DNA from: Diplonema japonicum
Lineage: Eukaryota; Protista; Euglenozoa: Diplonemea
Assembly (NCBI GenBank): GCA_964019335.1
Contig: OZ025716.1
Span: forward strand, 372,001 to 436,000
Length of the DNA stretch: 64,000 nucleotides
Direction of reading: 5' to 3'
The notes beneath the pieces are model-generated. The model was not told the origin of the DNA, made no database searches, and saw only the letters and a program-made list of their open reading frames with translations. The stretch's first letter is position 1. Each line of letters starts with the position of its first letter. Both the position numbers and the translations under genes were made by a program. Shown one piece after another: positions 39,606 through 53,100 of this stretch.

Positions 39606-42249
39606 GTGCTCGGGGGCACAAAGGTTTTGCAACTATAAAAAAAAAAATCATTTTTTTTTTTTTTTTTCGTTTTTGAAAAGATAAATGTAACAAAAATAAG
39701 AGAAGAAGAAACGAAAAGGAAACAAAGAAAGTGTATTTTAAAAAAAAAAGGGGAAATCCCCCAGTTCTCACCACAGTTTTTTTTCCTCCCCCCCCCCGGG
39801 CTCCCCTGATGACAGCTGCTACGACGGGAGAATGCTTCTTCCTCAAGCCAACACTGCGCTCCAATGTAAGGTTTTGGAGAGGTCTTCTGAAAATCTCCAA
39901 AAACCCAGATTATTTCGAAGGAAGAATATGCAAAATGGTGGGTGCATATCTGACCAGAACTACCAGATGGCCCAGAACTAGTCGGGCTCAGAGCAACGCA
40001 ATTTTGAAATTTCTCAACTTTTTTTTTTGGGGGGGAATTAAAGGGAATGAAAGCCCCCCCCCCCCTTCTTGCTGTCCCGCTGTTTTACTTTTTTATTTTT
40101 TGTATTTTTCCTCTAAAATATTGTTTTGGGACGTTACTTGTTATAACTTTTTTTTTTTTTGTAACTCCTCATATCTCTGAGGTGCTCCAAGCACTACTTG
40201 TTTCTTGATCCACAACGACAGAGATATGAGATTTAGAAAAAGTCTGATTTTCTTTTTCCCTGATGCCCTCTGTCTCTCAGGCGTCTTACACAGACTTCCT
40301 TTAACTCATATAAGGGGGGGGGGGGGGGGGGGGGGGGCGAATAATTCCATCCCAAATAATTCTTTTTTTCCCTTTCTTTCTTCTGCGTTGCCGGAAGGGC
40401 ACCCTGGTGTGTGGACCTGGACCCCTGCAGCAATGCATCAAAAGAGCTCCTTGCGAATCTTGCCCCCTGGACTATTGTGAGTTCGACTACGAAACAGGCA
40501 AAAGGGACATGACATGCGACTATGCAGCGCATTGTCAATCGTGGCATCGTAATATTCCATTCCTGAGCAAGGTCCCGGAGCTGTGCCTTAGCCCACTCTG
40601 CTTCTGTGTGACACCGGTGGCGGGATTGGTCGATAACTGCAACAAAGCGCCGTATCAACGTGGCACTGCCAACCATACACTTTGAAGGAGTCTGACCCTT
40701 TAGACAGTGCAGCACAGGTGTTAGCAGCGGCCTCTCAGACCCCCGCGACCTCCCAGCAACCACCTACCTGGGGGGGAACCTGGCAAGGACACGCGACCAA
40801 GAAGTGCTCTAAGCCCCGCTCCCTGGCAGGCCCAAATAAGTGTATTCCAAATTAAACACCACCCCCTCCACTGCCCAAATTTATATATATTTCAAAAGAA
40901 AAAAAACTGGATGTGGATTCACCAGGCCCCTCAAAGCTTATCTTTCTTTACCGTGGCCGCGTGTCACATATTGCATGGCACCACTAAAGTCGAGACAACT
41001 TCGTCTGTGTTGTTCCTGTATTTTAAAAAGGAAAGGGGGGGGGTTTTTTTTTAAAAGGTTAATATAACATGGAAATATAAGAAGTACATCAGATTTGTAG
41101 CACTCTAGTGGAAGATCGTGTTACAGATGCTCATGGTGACGAACAAAAGCTGCAAGATTGCCGGGTGCACCTAGACAGTGCCCAAGACAGTGCTTGTACA
41201 GGGCGCCACCAACGCTGGCCTCCTATATCTCTTATTTCTTTTTTGTAATAAGCATAGTATCGGGGGGAGCTGATCACCGACAGGTTTATAAAATATCGGA
41301 TTATTAAAGTAAAGTGAACTTTATTTTATTTAAAAAATCAATAGTTATTTTTTTTTGGTAGGCGGGCCGTTGCTAACCACTTCGTTCCTATCATAGTAAT
41401 TTTTTTTTTTAAATACAAATGTGAGAACAAAAAGAAAAAGAAAATGAAAAACTAGAACCCGTCGTCCTTGTGCGTGCACAGAATTAATATTCTACCTTGT
41501 TGGTCTTTACATTGTCCCCCCCCCCCCCCCCCCCTTTGTTTTTTAGCGACAAGTTTAGCAAGAAGTACTGCTCGGTGTTTTGTAAGAGCAAAAAAAAAGG
41601 GGGATAGAAAAGAAGAAGAAAAAAAAAAAGAGTAGCGGTAGCATGCAGTATTTATCCCAGGATTTACTTCGTGTGCTCCAACGAAATGCTGGAAAAAAAA
41701 AAAAAGAAACAACATAGTTCTGTGTGCTGTTGGTGGTCGGGGATCCCTAAGATTCTATGTATAGAAATAAAAGTGCAAAAAAGAAAAAGGAAAATGTCGG
41801 ACTGCCCAAATGTCCACTTGGAGGAAAGAAGAAAAAAAAAAAAAAAAAAAAGAACCCGTGGAAATATAAAGAAGGAATCAGAAGGGGAGAGGGGACGAAA
41901 GAGGGATCATCCTCCATCCGAGGTGTCTGGTGTCTGTATTCTCAAGTGGCAGCTTCTTTACAACCTAAAAGGTATTCCAGGTTTTTTCGCAAATGTGGCA
42001 GGGCAAATATTTGAGGCTAACAAAAATGTCTCTCAAAGTTGAACCCACGCTCAAAGGAGGGGCCGCCAACTCTTTCCCCCTTTTTTTTTCTCTCCACAAC
42101 TCAAAAAAGGTATCATTGATGATACAACCGAACCGGAAAAAAAAGTTTTTTTTTAAAAGGTTTTCTCCTCCTCACCCCCCCTTTCTTTCCTTTAATCCTC
42201 TTTCATTTTTTTTTTGTACGCCCCATCATTTACCTTTTCAAACCACATT

Positions 42250-43200
42250 TTACGGAAGATGGGTCTTCCGTGCTTCAAGCAAGAACTGGGAGGAGAAGTT
42301 TGAGCCCGATAGTGTGAAGAAGAGGAAGACGGTAAAAGTCACACCGGACGCACCAGAGGTCCCCCCCGTCCGTGTAGAGCTACCGCATGATGTGGGGGTT
42401 GAAGTGCCTGATGTGGATGTGGATGTGGATGTGCCAGCAGGCCTCTCGGTCTTGTTCCGTGTGTCAATTTACTTCAGTGTAGCGGTCTCTCTGCTGGACA
42501 TTGTTACGTCTGTCGCCCTTGCAGTGCGGTTCAGCTTTGCCTCCCTCGGCTCGTACCGGTCTGTGGCGTCAGCTGTGATCCTCGCCGTGAACCCACATGT
42601 GCTGACGGTTTATGAAGCGGTGAACGGGAAGGCGCGGTTGTCGCTGGTGGTCCTGAACCAGCTGCACCTGCGGTCTTCCTACTGCACGCTGCAGAGGTTG
42701 ATGCTCGGCAGGGAGAACCCACAGGAATCAAAGGCGGACCGGTTCCGCCTGCAATCCTTGCAAGTGAAAATGATCCTTTCCCTTGCTGTCGGCGTGACGC
42801 AAGCAGGAGGGGGCGGACGCTTTGTCGGTGGTGTCCCTGGCGTCGTCGGGGCTTGTGATAGCGGAGGCGATGGGGGAGTTCACGCTGCGGGAGGGTGCCT
42901 CGGCTGGTATGCGGTGTCTGCATATTGTGTTTTCGCTGCTGTACCAGACGCCCTTGATCGGGGCTTACAGCTATCTCGCTGCGGTGGCTGCAGGGGACAG
43001 CACTGGCTTGCTCTTGTGGTGGCATTTCCGTTAGCTGTCGTCGCCGTCAACTTCGCTGCTATCCGGCTCACGGCAGTATACTACCCCACCTTCACCTCTT
43101 CCCTGAAGCCCCTCACCCTCCTCTCGGATTCCCTCACTTATCTCATCGGCTTTGCGGACTTAAACCTTCCGCATCCCTCCCCCTCCTGAAAGGGGCTGTG
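42250..43200 (+). pseudogene. Disrupted multi-pass membrane protein gene (weak XK-related resemblance)
   Basis: Hydrophobic segments (SLLDIVTSVALAVRF..., VVSLASSGLVIA..., LHIVFSLLY..., LAVVAVNFAAI) alternate between two frames around 42820 and 43010. No in-frame ATG near the start of the GC-rich block. Confidence 0.45.
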
Positions 43201-43830
43201 GAGGCCTATGTCTATGCCTTCCTCGCCCGCCTCGGGGTTGGTCCACTGGCCACTCATCTTCTTCTCGCCTGCCACAGCGCGGCCACGCCTTTGTCGTTGC
43301 ACGATGCTTGAAGTAGGCCTCGGGTGTGCAAGACAGGGCACGCGGGGCTGAGTTACTGGGTCGGTTTTCTCACCTCTCCTTTGTAGGGTTGTTGTCCGAA
43401 TCCTTAGAGGCTTGGTGCCTGCATCCGACACCCATTGTCATTGTGTGATTAATTCACCAGTTGGATTCTCTGACAGCCATTTCCCTATTCTTACATCTCT
43501 TCTTTAGTATCTGTGTCTTCTCGAATGTCTGAGAACACTCCAATGTGTCGTTTGACGACAAACACCCCCCACCCCATGTACTTTATGTTGCACTTGGAGC
43601 CGACTGTGGTGGTCGTACTGAGCGTTTGGCAAGCAATTGCACAAACAGTCTGATGATTTTCTTTATATGGTCGCAGGGTGGCTGTGAACATGCTGGCCGC
43701 ACCTGAGCAGCATCGAGAGCTTGCGGGACAAAAGACCATACAGCGAGCGCTAATACTTTATTTAACTCTTATTAACTCGTTTTATTTTCCCGCACCGCAA
43801 CTTCTGAAGTCACACAAAAAAGCAAGAAAC

Positions 43831-45489
43831 ATGTTATACATGCTGGTAATAGCTTTGGGCCTTGCGAGTGCTGCGAGCCAGTCTGTGACGATCCCAGTGG
43901 AAGGGGGGTCTGTGAAAGGATACACAACACTGGCCCCGCACCAGGCAAGTGTGAAGTACTTGGGAATCCCCTACGCAGAGCCCCCTATCGGGGAGAAGAG
44001 GTGGAGGAGCCCCGTACTAAACACTAAGATGGGCGACGTTGACGCAAAAGAGCTGAACGTTGGGTGCCCACAGCTCTGCCAGCTGCCGCCGATGATCTGC
44101 CCACCGAAGACCAGCGAGGACTGTCTCTTCCTCAACGTGTTCACGCCTCTGAACGCCAAGAAGGGCGACGACCTCCCTATCTTATTCTTCATCCACGGTG
44201 GCAACTTCTTCCAGGGCTACGGCGGGGGCGTCCTCTATGACGGCTCGTACTACGCAAACAGCAGTAATGTCATCGTCGTCAGCGTCAACTACCGACTGGG
44301 CGCACTCGGTTTCCTCAGCGGCTTCGCTTTCGAAGGCAACTACGGCATCGAGGACCAGCAGGTCGCCCTCAAGTGGGTGTGGAAGAACATCGAGAACTTC
44401 GGTGGCGACCCGAACAAAATCACTCTATGGGGACAGTCCGCAGGAGCCATGAGCGTAGCCATCCATATGACCAGTTCTGTTTCAGAGCCGCTTTTTAAAC
44501 AAGGCATCATGATGAGCGAGCCCTTTGCGCTACCCTTCAGGCCTGAGCTGTCTGCAGAGTCTCAGGCACACGCCCTTGCCAAGACACTGAACTGCTCCGA
44601 TTTCGGAGCGCAATGCATGAGGGACAAGACCACCGCAGAAGTTCTTGCTGCTGACCTTAAGGTGGCCACCGATCTGTGGACGGACCTTGACAGCGTGTTG
44701 CACGCCTTCACCCCGTGGGCACCCACCATCAACGGGACGCATCTAGTGGACCCTACGAACGCATTCTACTGGGGCAACGCGCAGGACAAGCCTGTCATTG
44801 TCGGAAACGTCGGCAACGAGGGCAGGATCTTCATCTGGCAAGCTACCCGTAACGCAACGACGGGGCAGGACAAGCCCCTCACGCCTGTGCAGCTAGACGC
44901 GTTGGAACTTGCGGTGTTTGAGGAGAAGTTCGAGGTTGTACACGGCAGATACCCACCGAACAGCACCACGGACAACAAGGAGAGGTGCACGACGCTTGCC
45001 ACGGAGTTCATCTTTGTATGCGCCAACAGGAAGATCATCGAGAACACCATCACAAGGCCTGCCAACGGCCGGAAGACACCGCTTTACTACTACCTTGTTG
45101 ACCGGCCCATGTCCTTTGCGAAGAACGTATGGACGACCGACCCTGAGTGCGACGACTTCACATGCCATGGTGGCGACCTGCCCTTTGCCTTTGCGCAGAT
45201 GTACAACCCAGGGCTCAAGGCGTACGATGTGGCCTTCGATGACGGCGAGATCCTCATGTCAAAGCAGTATGCCGAGCTCTTCAGCTCATTTGTCCACGGC
45301 AAAGCACCTAAGACCAAAGAGGGCCTGGCGTGGGACCCGTATGTTCCTGCGCAACAGAACATAATGCATTTCAAATGCAACTCAACTGCCACCCACACCA
45401 CCATGGCTAACAACGTTATCGCTCCCCGATACGACTGCGACTGGTGGGACACAGCAGTTGACATGTACAACCACAACGGACCCAATTAG
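43831..45489 (+). CDS. Secreted type-B carboxylesterase / cholinesterase-like hydrolase (552 aa)
   Basis: Signal peptide MLYMLVIALGLASA; YLGIPYAEPP, SEDCLFLNVFTP, IHGG oxyanion loop, NYRLGALGFL, FGGDPNKITLWGQSAG nucleophile, NEG acid, CHGGDL histidine. Confidence 0.95.
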   Translation: MLYMLVIALGLASAASQSVTIPVEGGSVKGYTTLAPHQASVKYLGIPYAEPPIGEKRWRSPVLNTKMGDVDAKELNVGCPQLCQLPPMICPPKTSEDCLFLNVFTPLNAKKGDDLPILFFIHGGNFFQGYGGGVLYDGSYYANSSNVIVVSVNYRLGALGFLSGFAFEGNYGIEDQQVALKWVWKNIENFGGDPNKITLWGQSAGAMSVAIHMTSSVSEPLFKQGIMMSEPFALPFRPELSAESQAHALAKTLNCSDFGAQCMRDKTTAEVLAADLKVATDLWTDLDSVLHAFTPWAPTINGTHLVDPTNAFYWGNAQDKPVIVGNVGNEGRIFIWQATRNATTGQDKPLTPVQLDALELAVFEEKFEVVHGRYPPNSTTDNKERCTTLATEFIFVCANRKIIENTITRPANGRKTPLYYYLVDRPMSFAKNVWTTDPECDDFTCHGGDLPFAFAQMYNPGLKAYDVAFDDGEILMSKQYAELFSSFVHGKAPKTKEGLAWDPYVPAQQNIMHFKCNSTATHTTMANNVIAPRYDCDWWDTAVDMYNHNGPN

Positions 45490-45765
45490 ACGTAAGTCTT
45501 TCGAAGGAGCGTCACTCATTATTGTATGGTTTTACTTAACTCCGCCTGTCTCGGATGTGCTGGGTGGGATATTCTCTTCGCTGTGTGTTTCTATTTTTGT
45601 GTGGTGTGTTCGTGTCTCATCTCTTTGGTGCCGGTTTATTTTCCTTTCTTGAGCTTGCCACACTTACTTATTTAGGGTCATGGCTTTCCTTGTCCCTTTT
45701 TTGCAAACGTAGTCTCTTCTTTAAGACCTTCTCTTATTTTACGTACTTACTCACAGGCTTGAGAG

Positions 45766-48700
45766 ATGCGACGGGTATGTCTTGCTGTGCTGCTGTGCAG
45801 TGTTGTGGCGGGCAGCGAGGCGGCGTGCTTGTGGCAGCCAACGCTGAAGGGCCTACTTGCGGGAACAACGAGCAGCTGGTGCACATCACTGTGCGAAGGT
45901 GATGCGACGGTGAGCGCTTGTTCTCTTACTTCCTCCGCTTTGTGCCAGTGCGACACCACTGTACTCAGCGACGCCACGGTGTGCGATGCACGCAGGGAGT
46001 GCGACTCTTCGGGCTTCAACTGCACTTCCTCTGCCTGCATGGCTATCTGCAGTGGAATGAGGTCATGTCAAAAGGGTTTATTCGATTGCAGGTCAAGCGC
46101 AGCTTCTGGTACTTGCACATTAGTTTGTTCAGGTTATCAAGCTTGCACTTCCCTTACTTCCATTCCGCAGGATCAAATCCAGGAGCCGGACACTGGTGTG
46201 GGAAAAAAGACGGGTGAAATAGAGGCTCTGGTCTCGATCCTCCCGATCGCCAGCGCATGCAGCACGCAGATACAGTCCGCTTCCTTCAGCCCTTCAACAC
46301 ATTGTGGGGCTGACACTCGTGAATGCGACATCAGGTGCGAGGGGACCGAGTCCTGTCAAGCGCTACACATGCAGTGCGATGCGAAGGACTCATGTGAATT
46401 CTCCTGCACCGACATCAGGAGCTGTAAGAACTCTGAGTACAAATGCACAGGGAAAGGCTGCAAGGCGACATGCAGTGGAACAGAGGCATGCGCGGGGAGC
46501 GTGATGAACTGGAAGGACGGGGACAACATGGCGAAGCTGGACTGCATGGGAACGCACTCGTGCATGGACGCAACGATTGAATGCCCTACCTCTGGGTGTG
46601 TGGTTCGGTGTGGCGGGTTCGAATCTTGCAAGGGGCTGACACTGAAGTGTCCCTCGAACCTTGCCTCTGGGAAGAAGTGTGAGATCCAGTGTAGTGGTGA
46701 CTGGGCGTGCACTGGTGTTGACAATGCGCACATGTGTGGCGAGGTATCTGCTGTTTGCAGTGGCTATAACGCATGTGGACAAGAACTTCGCTCCAAAGCG
46801 ATTGCCACCGAAGACAGCTGCACATGGGGTGTTACGTCCATGGGCACAAACAAGGGCCACGACGATTTCTCTTGCGGCGTCGTATGTGGCAGCAGAAGCT
46901 CTCTGACCACTGTCGGGTGCAAAGTCGTCACCAGCAACCAGCACTTTGCAGTTGCGATGTCACAATGCAGCAACTGGGGGAGGAAGCCTGAGTTCTTGCA
47001 TTTACAACTTAGCAATGATTGCAAGGTTATGTGCTCTCAAAGTACCGGGGGCGCATGCTCCGCTTACTGCCAGTGTGTCGATGCTTTGTGCGAGTGCAGT
47101 GGTCCAGCACCGGACACCCCTGAGGCCGGGGGGAAACCTGAGTGCGAAGGGCACTGGGAGTCTTCCTCAAGGTACGTAAACGACGAGCACTGCGAGTCGA
47201 CGTGCGCTACGCACGGAAATAGTTCGATATGTAACGATTTGTGCTACTGCAGCATAACCAGCTCAAAAGACTGCCCTGCTGACGAGGTGACTTGTTCCAC
47301 CACCTGCTCGGATCTAGCATGCCAGAACACACCCTATACTTGTGGTGTATCTGAATGCAGTTTCATGTGTACTTCTCCAGAGAGCTGCACAGGTGCCATG
47401 TATACCTGCACTGGGGACAAGTGTAGTGCGCAATGCAATTCCTATCGCTCTTGCTCGGGAGTGGGCCTCAGACTCGAGGGATCGAAGCAGCGCTCTGGTA
47501 TTGACTGTTCGTCCGTGCAGTCGTGCCTGAACGCCGACATTAAGTGTCCGAACACGGGGTGCGTGGTGACGTGCAATGGATTCGAATCCTGCAAAGGACT
47601 CACCCTGAAGTGCCCCTCGGACATCAAGCAAGGCAGCAAGTGTGAGATCCAGTGCAGCGGCGACTCGTCGTGTCTCGGTGTCTTCTCTTCCAGTCTTAGC
47701 GGCTCTGTGTCTGTGGTCTGTGGAGGATACGGCGCATGTAATTCCAATCTGCTACAGCATTTAGGGCACAAGCAGCTGCCCACTTGCAAGGAGTACGAAA
47801 GCACGAACTCCATGGTCACTGCTAAGCTTTGCGACGAAGTATGCCACTCTGATGCGCAAGCCGACCTGTGCCAGAAGTCCTGCAGCTGCAAAGTGTACAG
47901 CAGTATTCCTTCTGTGCCCCCCGCGGTCGGTACGTGCACCACGTGGACCATGTCACCTGAGGGAAGCAAGCTCGGCATAACCGACGAGTACTGCAAAAGC
48001 GTGTGTCGTTACAAGCCTGACTCCGATTTGTGCATCGGAACTGGAGGTGCGCAGCTATGCGCGTGCGGTGATCAGGTGCCGCCAGTTGTTTGCTACAAGT
48101 GGCTCCCCAAAACTGGGGGCTCTGTCACGGAGCAGGACTGCATCGATGGTTGTTCTGAGCCTCCGAGCAATCTATGCAAGAGCGTTTGCGAGAAGAAACA
48201 GGTTGAATGCCCTAGTACCGCAGCACCTGTTGTGCCTACTCTGCCGCCTGTGATAACTGCAGTGCCTGGGAGCTGTTCCTCTTGGATTCCCATTTTGCAA
48301 GCGAGCACCATCAATTGTAATGCAGTATGCAACAGCCCTGTGACAGATGTTGTGTGCAGGCCTGGTCAAGGTGTCGAGCAACAGTGCGCGTGCGTCTCAT
48401 CGACCATCGCACCGACGGATGCACCGGCCACACTGGCACCGCTGACAAGCTGCAAGCATTGGGAGGCAATACCAGGGTCAAACGCCGACTGCTTCACCAT
48501 CTGTAACAATGCGACGACAGAGAGCCTGTGCAGAGATAGCAGCACGTTGGTGACGCTGTGCACATGCGACACGTGCCAAGCATGGATCCCGAAGTCTGGT
48601 GTGTCGCAGGCAGTGTGCAACGCGAGGTGCGTGGAGGGCTTCGACTACAAGCTATGCCACGACGCGTGCACATGCTCGGGGACACCCAGCACACCAGTGC

Positions 48701-49439
48701 CGACATCAGAGGCAACGTTAGCACCACTGCCGCCAGGTGTGAGTGTGTATTTATCGCAGGTGTTGAGAATGGGGCTGCGCCGTGTACTGGGGAGGTTTAA
48801 TACGCAGGAGTTCGAAGCAGCAGCGCTGCAGTTTCTGAGCGAGTACGTGACTGGATTGAGCGTGAAGTGGGTGTGCCCGTCTCAAGGCTGCAACAACTGC
48901 CCAACTACGGCGGTGCAAAAGGTGCGCCATGGGTGTATCAATGCAGGCACTGCAGCGAACGGACGGGGGCTTCGCACCCTGGCAGACGCAACAGACAGCG
49001 TAGTTGTGGAGGCTGTGCTGACGTATAAAACAGGCATCAGCCAATCGGTGTACGAATCGCTGTTGCAGACTGCGCTGGCAGATGAGGTGGCTCGTGGACA
49101 ACAGGGGCAGTCCTCCACGCAGCTTGGCCCTTATGGTGTGGTGTCATATGCCCTCACCGATGCAGAGGTAGTAGGAAGCGAGCCTGCTAGCACACCAATT
49201 CCCACAACACGGCCCCCACCTAGCTCTTCTGATGACTTCGATCAATGGAAGATTGCAGTCATCGCCATGGGCGGAGTGGCCTTCTGCCTGCTCATCTTCG
49301 CCTGCATCGTGGCGGCACGATATTCTCGTTCTCGCAGCCCACCCCTCGAAGAGGTATGGTTTTGTTATTTGAGCAGAACACATGAACAACACAGGAACCG
49401 CCCACCTCCAAGCAAACAGAGAACCCCCTGAAATTGTAG
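45766..49439 (+). CDS. Cys-rich type I membrane/surface protein A (~1210 aa; probable intron 49354-49394)
   Basis: Signal peptide, many CxGxxSC repeats, T/P-rich linkers, juxtamembrane domain, TM IAVIAMGGVAFCLLIFACIVAA. A 41-nt GTATGG...caacacAG intron gives the tail EEEPPTSKQTENPLKL*; the unspliced ORF ends at 49431. Confidence 0.85.
46276..46763 (+). repeat. Cys-rich coding module shared with 51640-52127 and, in part, 53401-53705
   Basis: About 490 bp near-identical between genes A and B; the last ~300 bp (ATCSGTEACAG...VSAVCSG) appear identical in all three copies. Confidence 0.92.
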
Positions 49440-50196
49440 TATTTTCTTTTCTTCCTCTGGCTGTATCCGTTTTGTATGTGTTCATCCCCTCTTTCTTCCA
49501 TGTTTCCCTGTTTTCATCCAGTATAAGTTTTTTGTTTTTTCCTTTTTTTACCAAGCAGCACGAATAGAGCAAGAATAGGAAGATTCATTTCTTTCGTACA
49601 AGCAATCACTGCTTCAGTTAAGTCCCATAGATTCGTTTAAAGCACCTTTGAAAAATTCCTCAGTTTTCTTTTTGTACGATTTGACCGAGCGTTTGACAAA
49701 GGTGTACGGACGCATATTATGATTCTACCTTTGGGACAAGATCGAGGGGAGCGATGGCTATGTTTTGGGCTTAAAGACCTTACAACCAGTTTTTTCCTCT
49801 TTTTACAAATCGTATGAAACCTTTGGCTTTCTGTTTTTTTTTTCTTCTTCTTTCCCCTCTACCCCCCTTCTTCTTTTTTCAAACAAAGATGAGCAAAGGG
49901 GTGTATATGAAATGGTGAAAGAAAGAGGTCCAGACCCTTTGGTCTGTGTCGAGATACTGTATAGGTGCACCTGGTCGCTCCAGTTAGAATAGCTGCGCCC
50001 GATTTCTGGTTGGACCCTTCGTTTATGCATTGAGGGGTTTCTTCGTGCTATTCTTTTTGATCGTCAAACCCCCTTACCCCCCCCCCCCCTTTGTCTTTTT
50101 TAGGGGTTTTGTCCCAGCTGTGTTACTTTTTTTTAAGAGTTACTTTTTCGAAGAGTATTTGCGCATTTTAATAATTTCTAAAAGAACAACACAACG

Positions 50197-53100
50197 ATGC
50201 GCGTCTTGCTGCTGCTTGCGGCGTTGGCCGTGTGCCTAGCGAAGAAGGCGAAGGTGGACAAGAACGCATGCAGCGTAAACCAAGCATGCACGTGCAAAAA
50301 AAACAAGGCCTGCGACTGGGTGTGCGATTCGACACAGGAGTGCAGGGGCGCAAGCATGTTCTGCGATCCGGACAATAAAAATGAGTGCAGCATGAGCTGC
50401 AGCGGGTCCGAAAGCTGCGAGAACGGCCACTACGAGTGCACTGGCGAAGGCAGGTGCTCTGTGCGCTGCACGGGCACTGAGTCTTGCAGGGGTCTCAAAG
50501 AAGACGACACCACCGACAACAAGGACGGCAAAGACGACAAGGACGATAAGGACCAGGGCCCCGTTTCCAACTATGGCATTCACTGTGACAGCGGCACAAG
50601 GTCCTGCGACGTGAAGTGCACTGGTCTCCGTTCATGCTCTGACTCCACTGCGTACTGTGCTTCGTCTTCCTGCGACCTCGAGTGCAGCCACTCCGATGCA
50701 TGCAGCTCTTTTTCGCACACCTGTGTCAGCGGGGACTGCACTGCAACTTGCTCCAAGACCCAGGCATGCATGCTCGCAACTTTCGACTGGTCTAGCGGCG
50801 ATATGTCAAAGCTGTCTTGCTCCGAGCAGAAGTCTTGCAAAGAGTCCACCATCACCTGTTCCAGGACGCAGGGCTGCCGTATAGAATGCCTGGGCACTCA
50901 GTCCTGCTGGGGTATGAGCCTTACGTGCCCCTCGCTGCCTGCGGGAAAGAAATGTGAGATACTCTGTGCCGGGTTCGAGTCTTGCCAGGGCATTACCAGT
51001 TCGAAGGTCTCAGGCACCTGGGACGTCTCCTGTACTGGTGGTAGCGCATGCCACCCTGACCTCCTCCCTGTGGCGTCCACGCCACAGCCGACACCGTCAC
51101 CTACACCAATGCCAACACCGTCACCTACACCTATGCCGACACCTGTACCTACACCTGTGCCCACCAGCACCCCCGACACGGCTGCTCCTCCCGGAAACTA
51201 CCAGTGCCTGTGGCAACCTACGCTGTTTGGTTTGAAGTACACTTCTAGTTGGTGCAATGCGATGTGTAACAACAACTTGTTGAGCGACATTTGCACATCA
51301 AGCATCCCGGCAGTCAAGCTGTGCGAGTGCGAAAAGCTGCAGAACAGCTTACTCACGACGAGCAGGTGCTATGGCTACAGGGGGTGCTACAACGATCGCC
51401 TCCCCTGCACTTCTTCAACGGGGTGCATGATGATGTGCAGTGGCATGGAATCCTGCAGAAAGGCAACTATCGACTGCACCGCATCAAGCCATGGCTGCAC
51501 TGCAGTGTGCTCTGGCTATAGGGCGTGCACGCAGATGACTAGCATCACATCGCGTGATGACTCTGACGATAAGGACAAGAAGGACGACAAAGACGACAAG
51601 GATGACAGCAGTAGCAACATATGTTCTCAATCCACGCGATCCGCTTCCTTCAGCCCTTCAACACATTGCGGGGCTGACACTCGTGAATGCGACATTAGGT
51701 GCGAGGGTATAGAATCTTGCGAAGAGATGGAACTGCAGTGCGATGCGAAGGACTCATGTGAATTCTCCTGCACCGACATCAGGAGCTGTAAGAACTCTGA
51801 GTACAAATGCACAGGGAAAGGCTGCAAGGCGACATGCAGTGGAACAGAGGCATGCGCGGGGAGCGTGATGAACTGGAAGGACGGGGACAACATGGCGAAG
51901 CTGGACTGCATGGGAACGCACTCGTGCATGGACGCAACGATTGAATGCCCTACCTCTGGGTGTGTGGTTCGGTGTGGCGGGTTCGAATCTTGCAAGGGGC
52001 TGACACTGAAGTGTCCCTCGAACCTTGCCTCTGGGAAGAAGTGTGAGATCCAGTGTAGTGGTGACTGGGCGTGCACTGGTGTTGACAATGCGCACATGTG
52101 TGGCGAGGTATCTGCTGTTTGCAGTGGGTACAACTCCTGCACCAGCGAGCTTCTTTCCCTGACTTCTGTTGCCCCCATCACGTGCTCGAACTCGTGGCAG
52201 CCCACAATAGATGGGTCCATCAGAGGTTACGACAATGCTTTGTGCGAGGCTGCGTGCTCTAACGGACAACTAAACGATATGTGCGATCCTACTGGCGTTA
52301 GTGCTACCCTCGCCCCTGACACTAATGCTCCGCCCGCCGCATGCTCGGATTGGGTGCTGCAGGTGGGCAAGATATTCACAGGCAGTTGCAACCTGGTGTG
52401 CAACGACATCTTGCAGAGCGCATTGTGCAGCTCTTTCTGCGAATGTCGTGACACTGGTGCGCCTCTTACCCTTGCGCCACCTGTAGTTGCGCCTACCTGC
52501 AACAATTGGAAGTTCAAGCTTGGTATCGGTCCAGTGTTCATCTCAGGCGACTGCAACAGCATCTGCAGTGGTGTTCTTGACATATCTCTCTGCAAGCAGT
52601 TCTGTGAATGCGCTGAAAAGGCTGTTTATTGCACCTGTTCCACGGGCGCTGGCATCCCTGCGCCTGGGAACGTTGGGTCGCCTACTTCGAAGAGTTGTGC
52701 TGTATGGAAGTCAACGAGCAGCATTGTGCCCCGTGCCGTGTGCGAGGCGATGTGCACAGAGAGCTTTTTGCAGAACGTTTTCTACCTCCCCCGCAAGTGC
52801 ACCGGAGGCAACGAGCTGTGCGGGTGCGATGACCATGCTGTCAAGTGCTACAAGAACGGGAATTGCGTGTGCCATAACAACAAGCCATGCACCTTCCCTT
52901 GCGAGCTAACCAAGAGCTGCTACAACAGCGATATCACATGTGGCAACCGCGACTGTGACGTTGACTGTTCTGGTGATCTCTCCTGCAGCCGGAGCGTCAT
53001 CAGGTGTGCCAACGGCAGCCCTAATTGTGACATTAAGTGCAGCGGACACCAGGCATGCATGATGGAGACTGTTGTTGTAGTGGTTGACGATAAAGACGAC

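Noticed and set aside
40390-40840. GC-rich island, possible retroelement C-terminal remnant
   Set aside because: Only a faint resemblance (FDYETGKR vs IDYEQTTRR); not enough to call.
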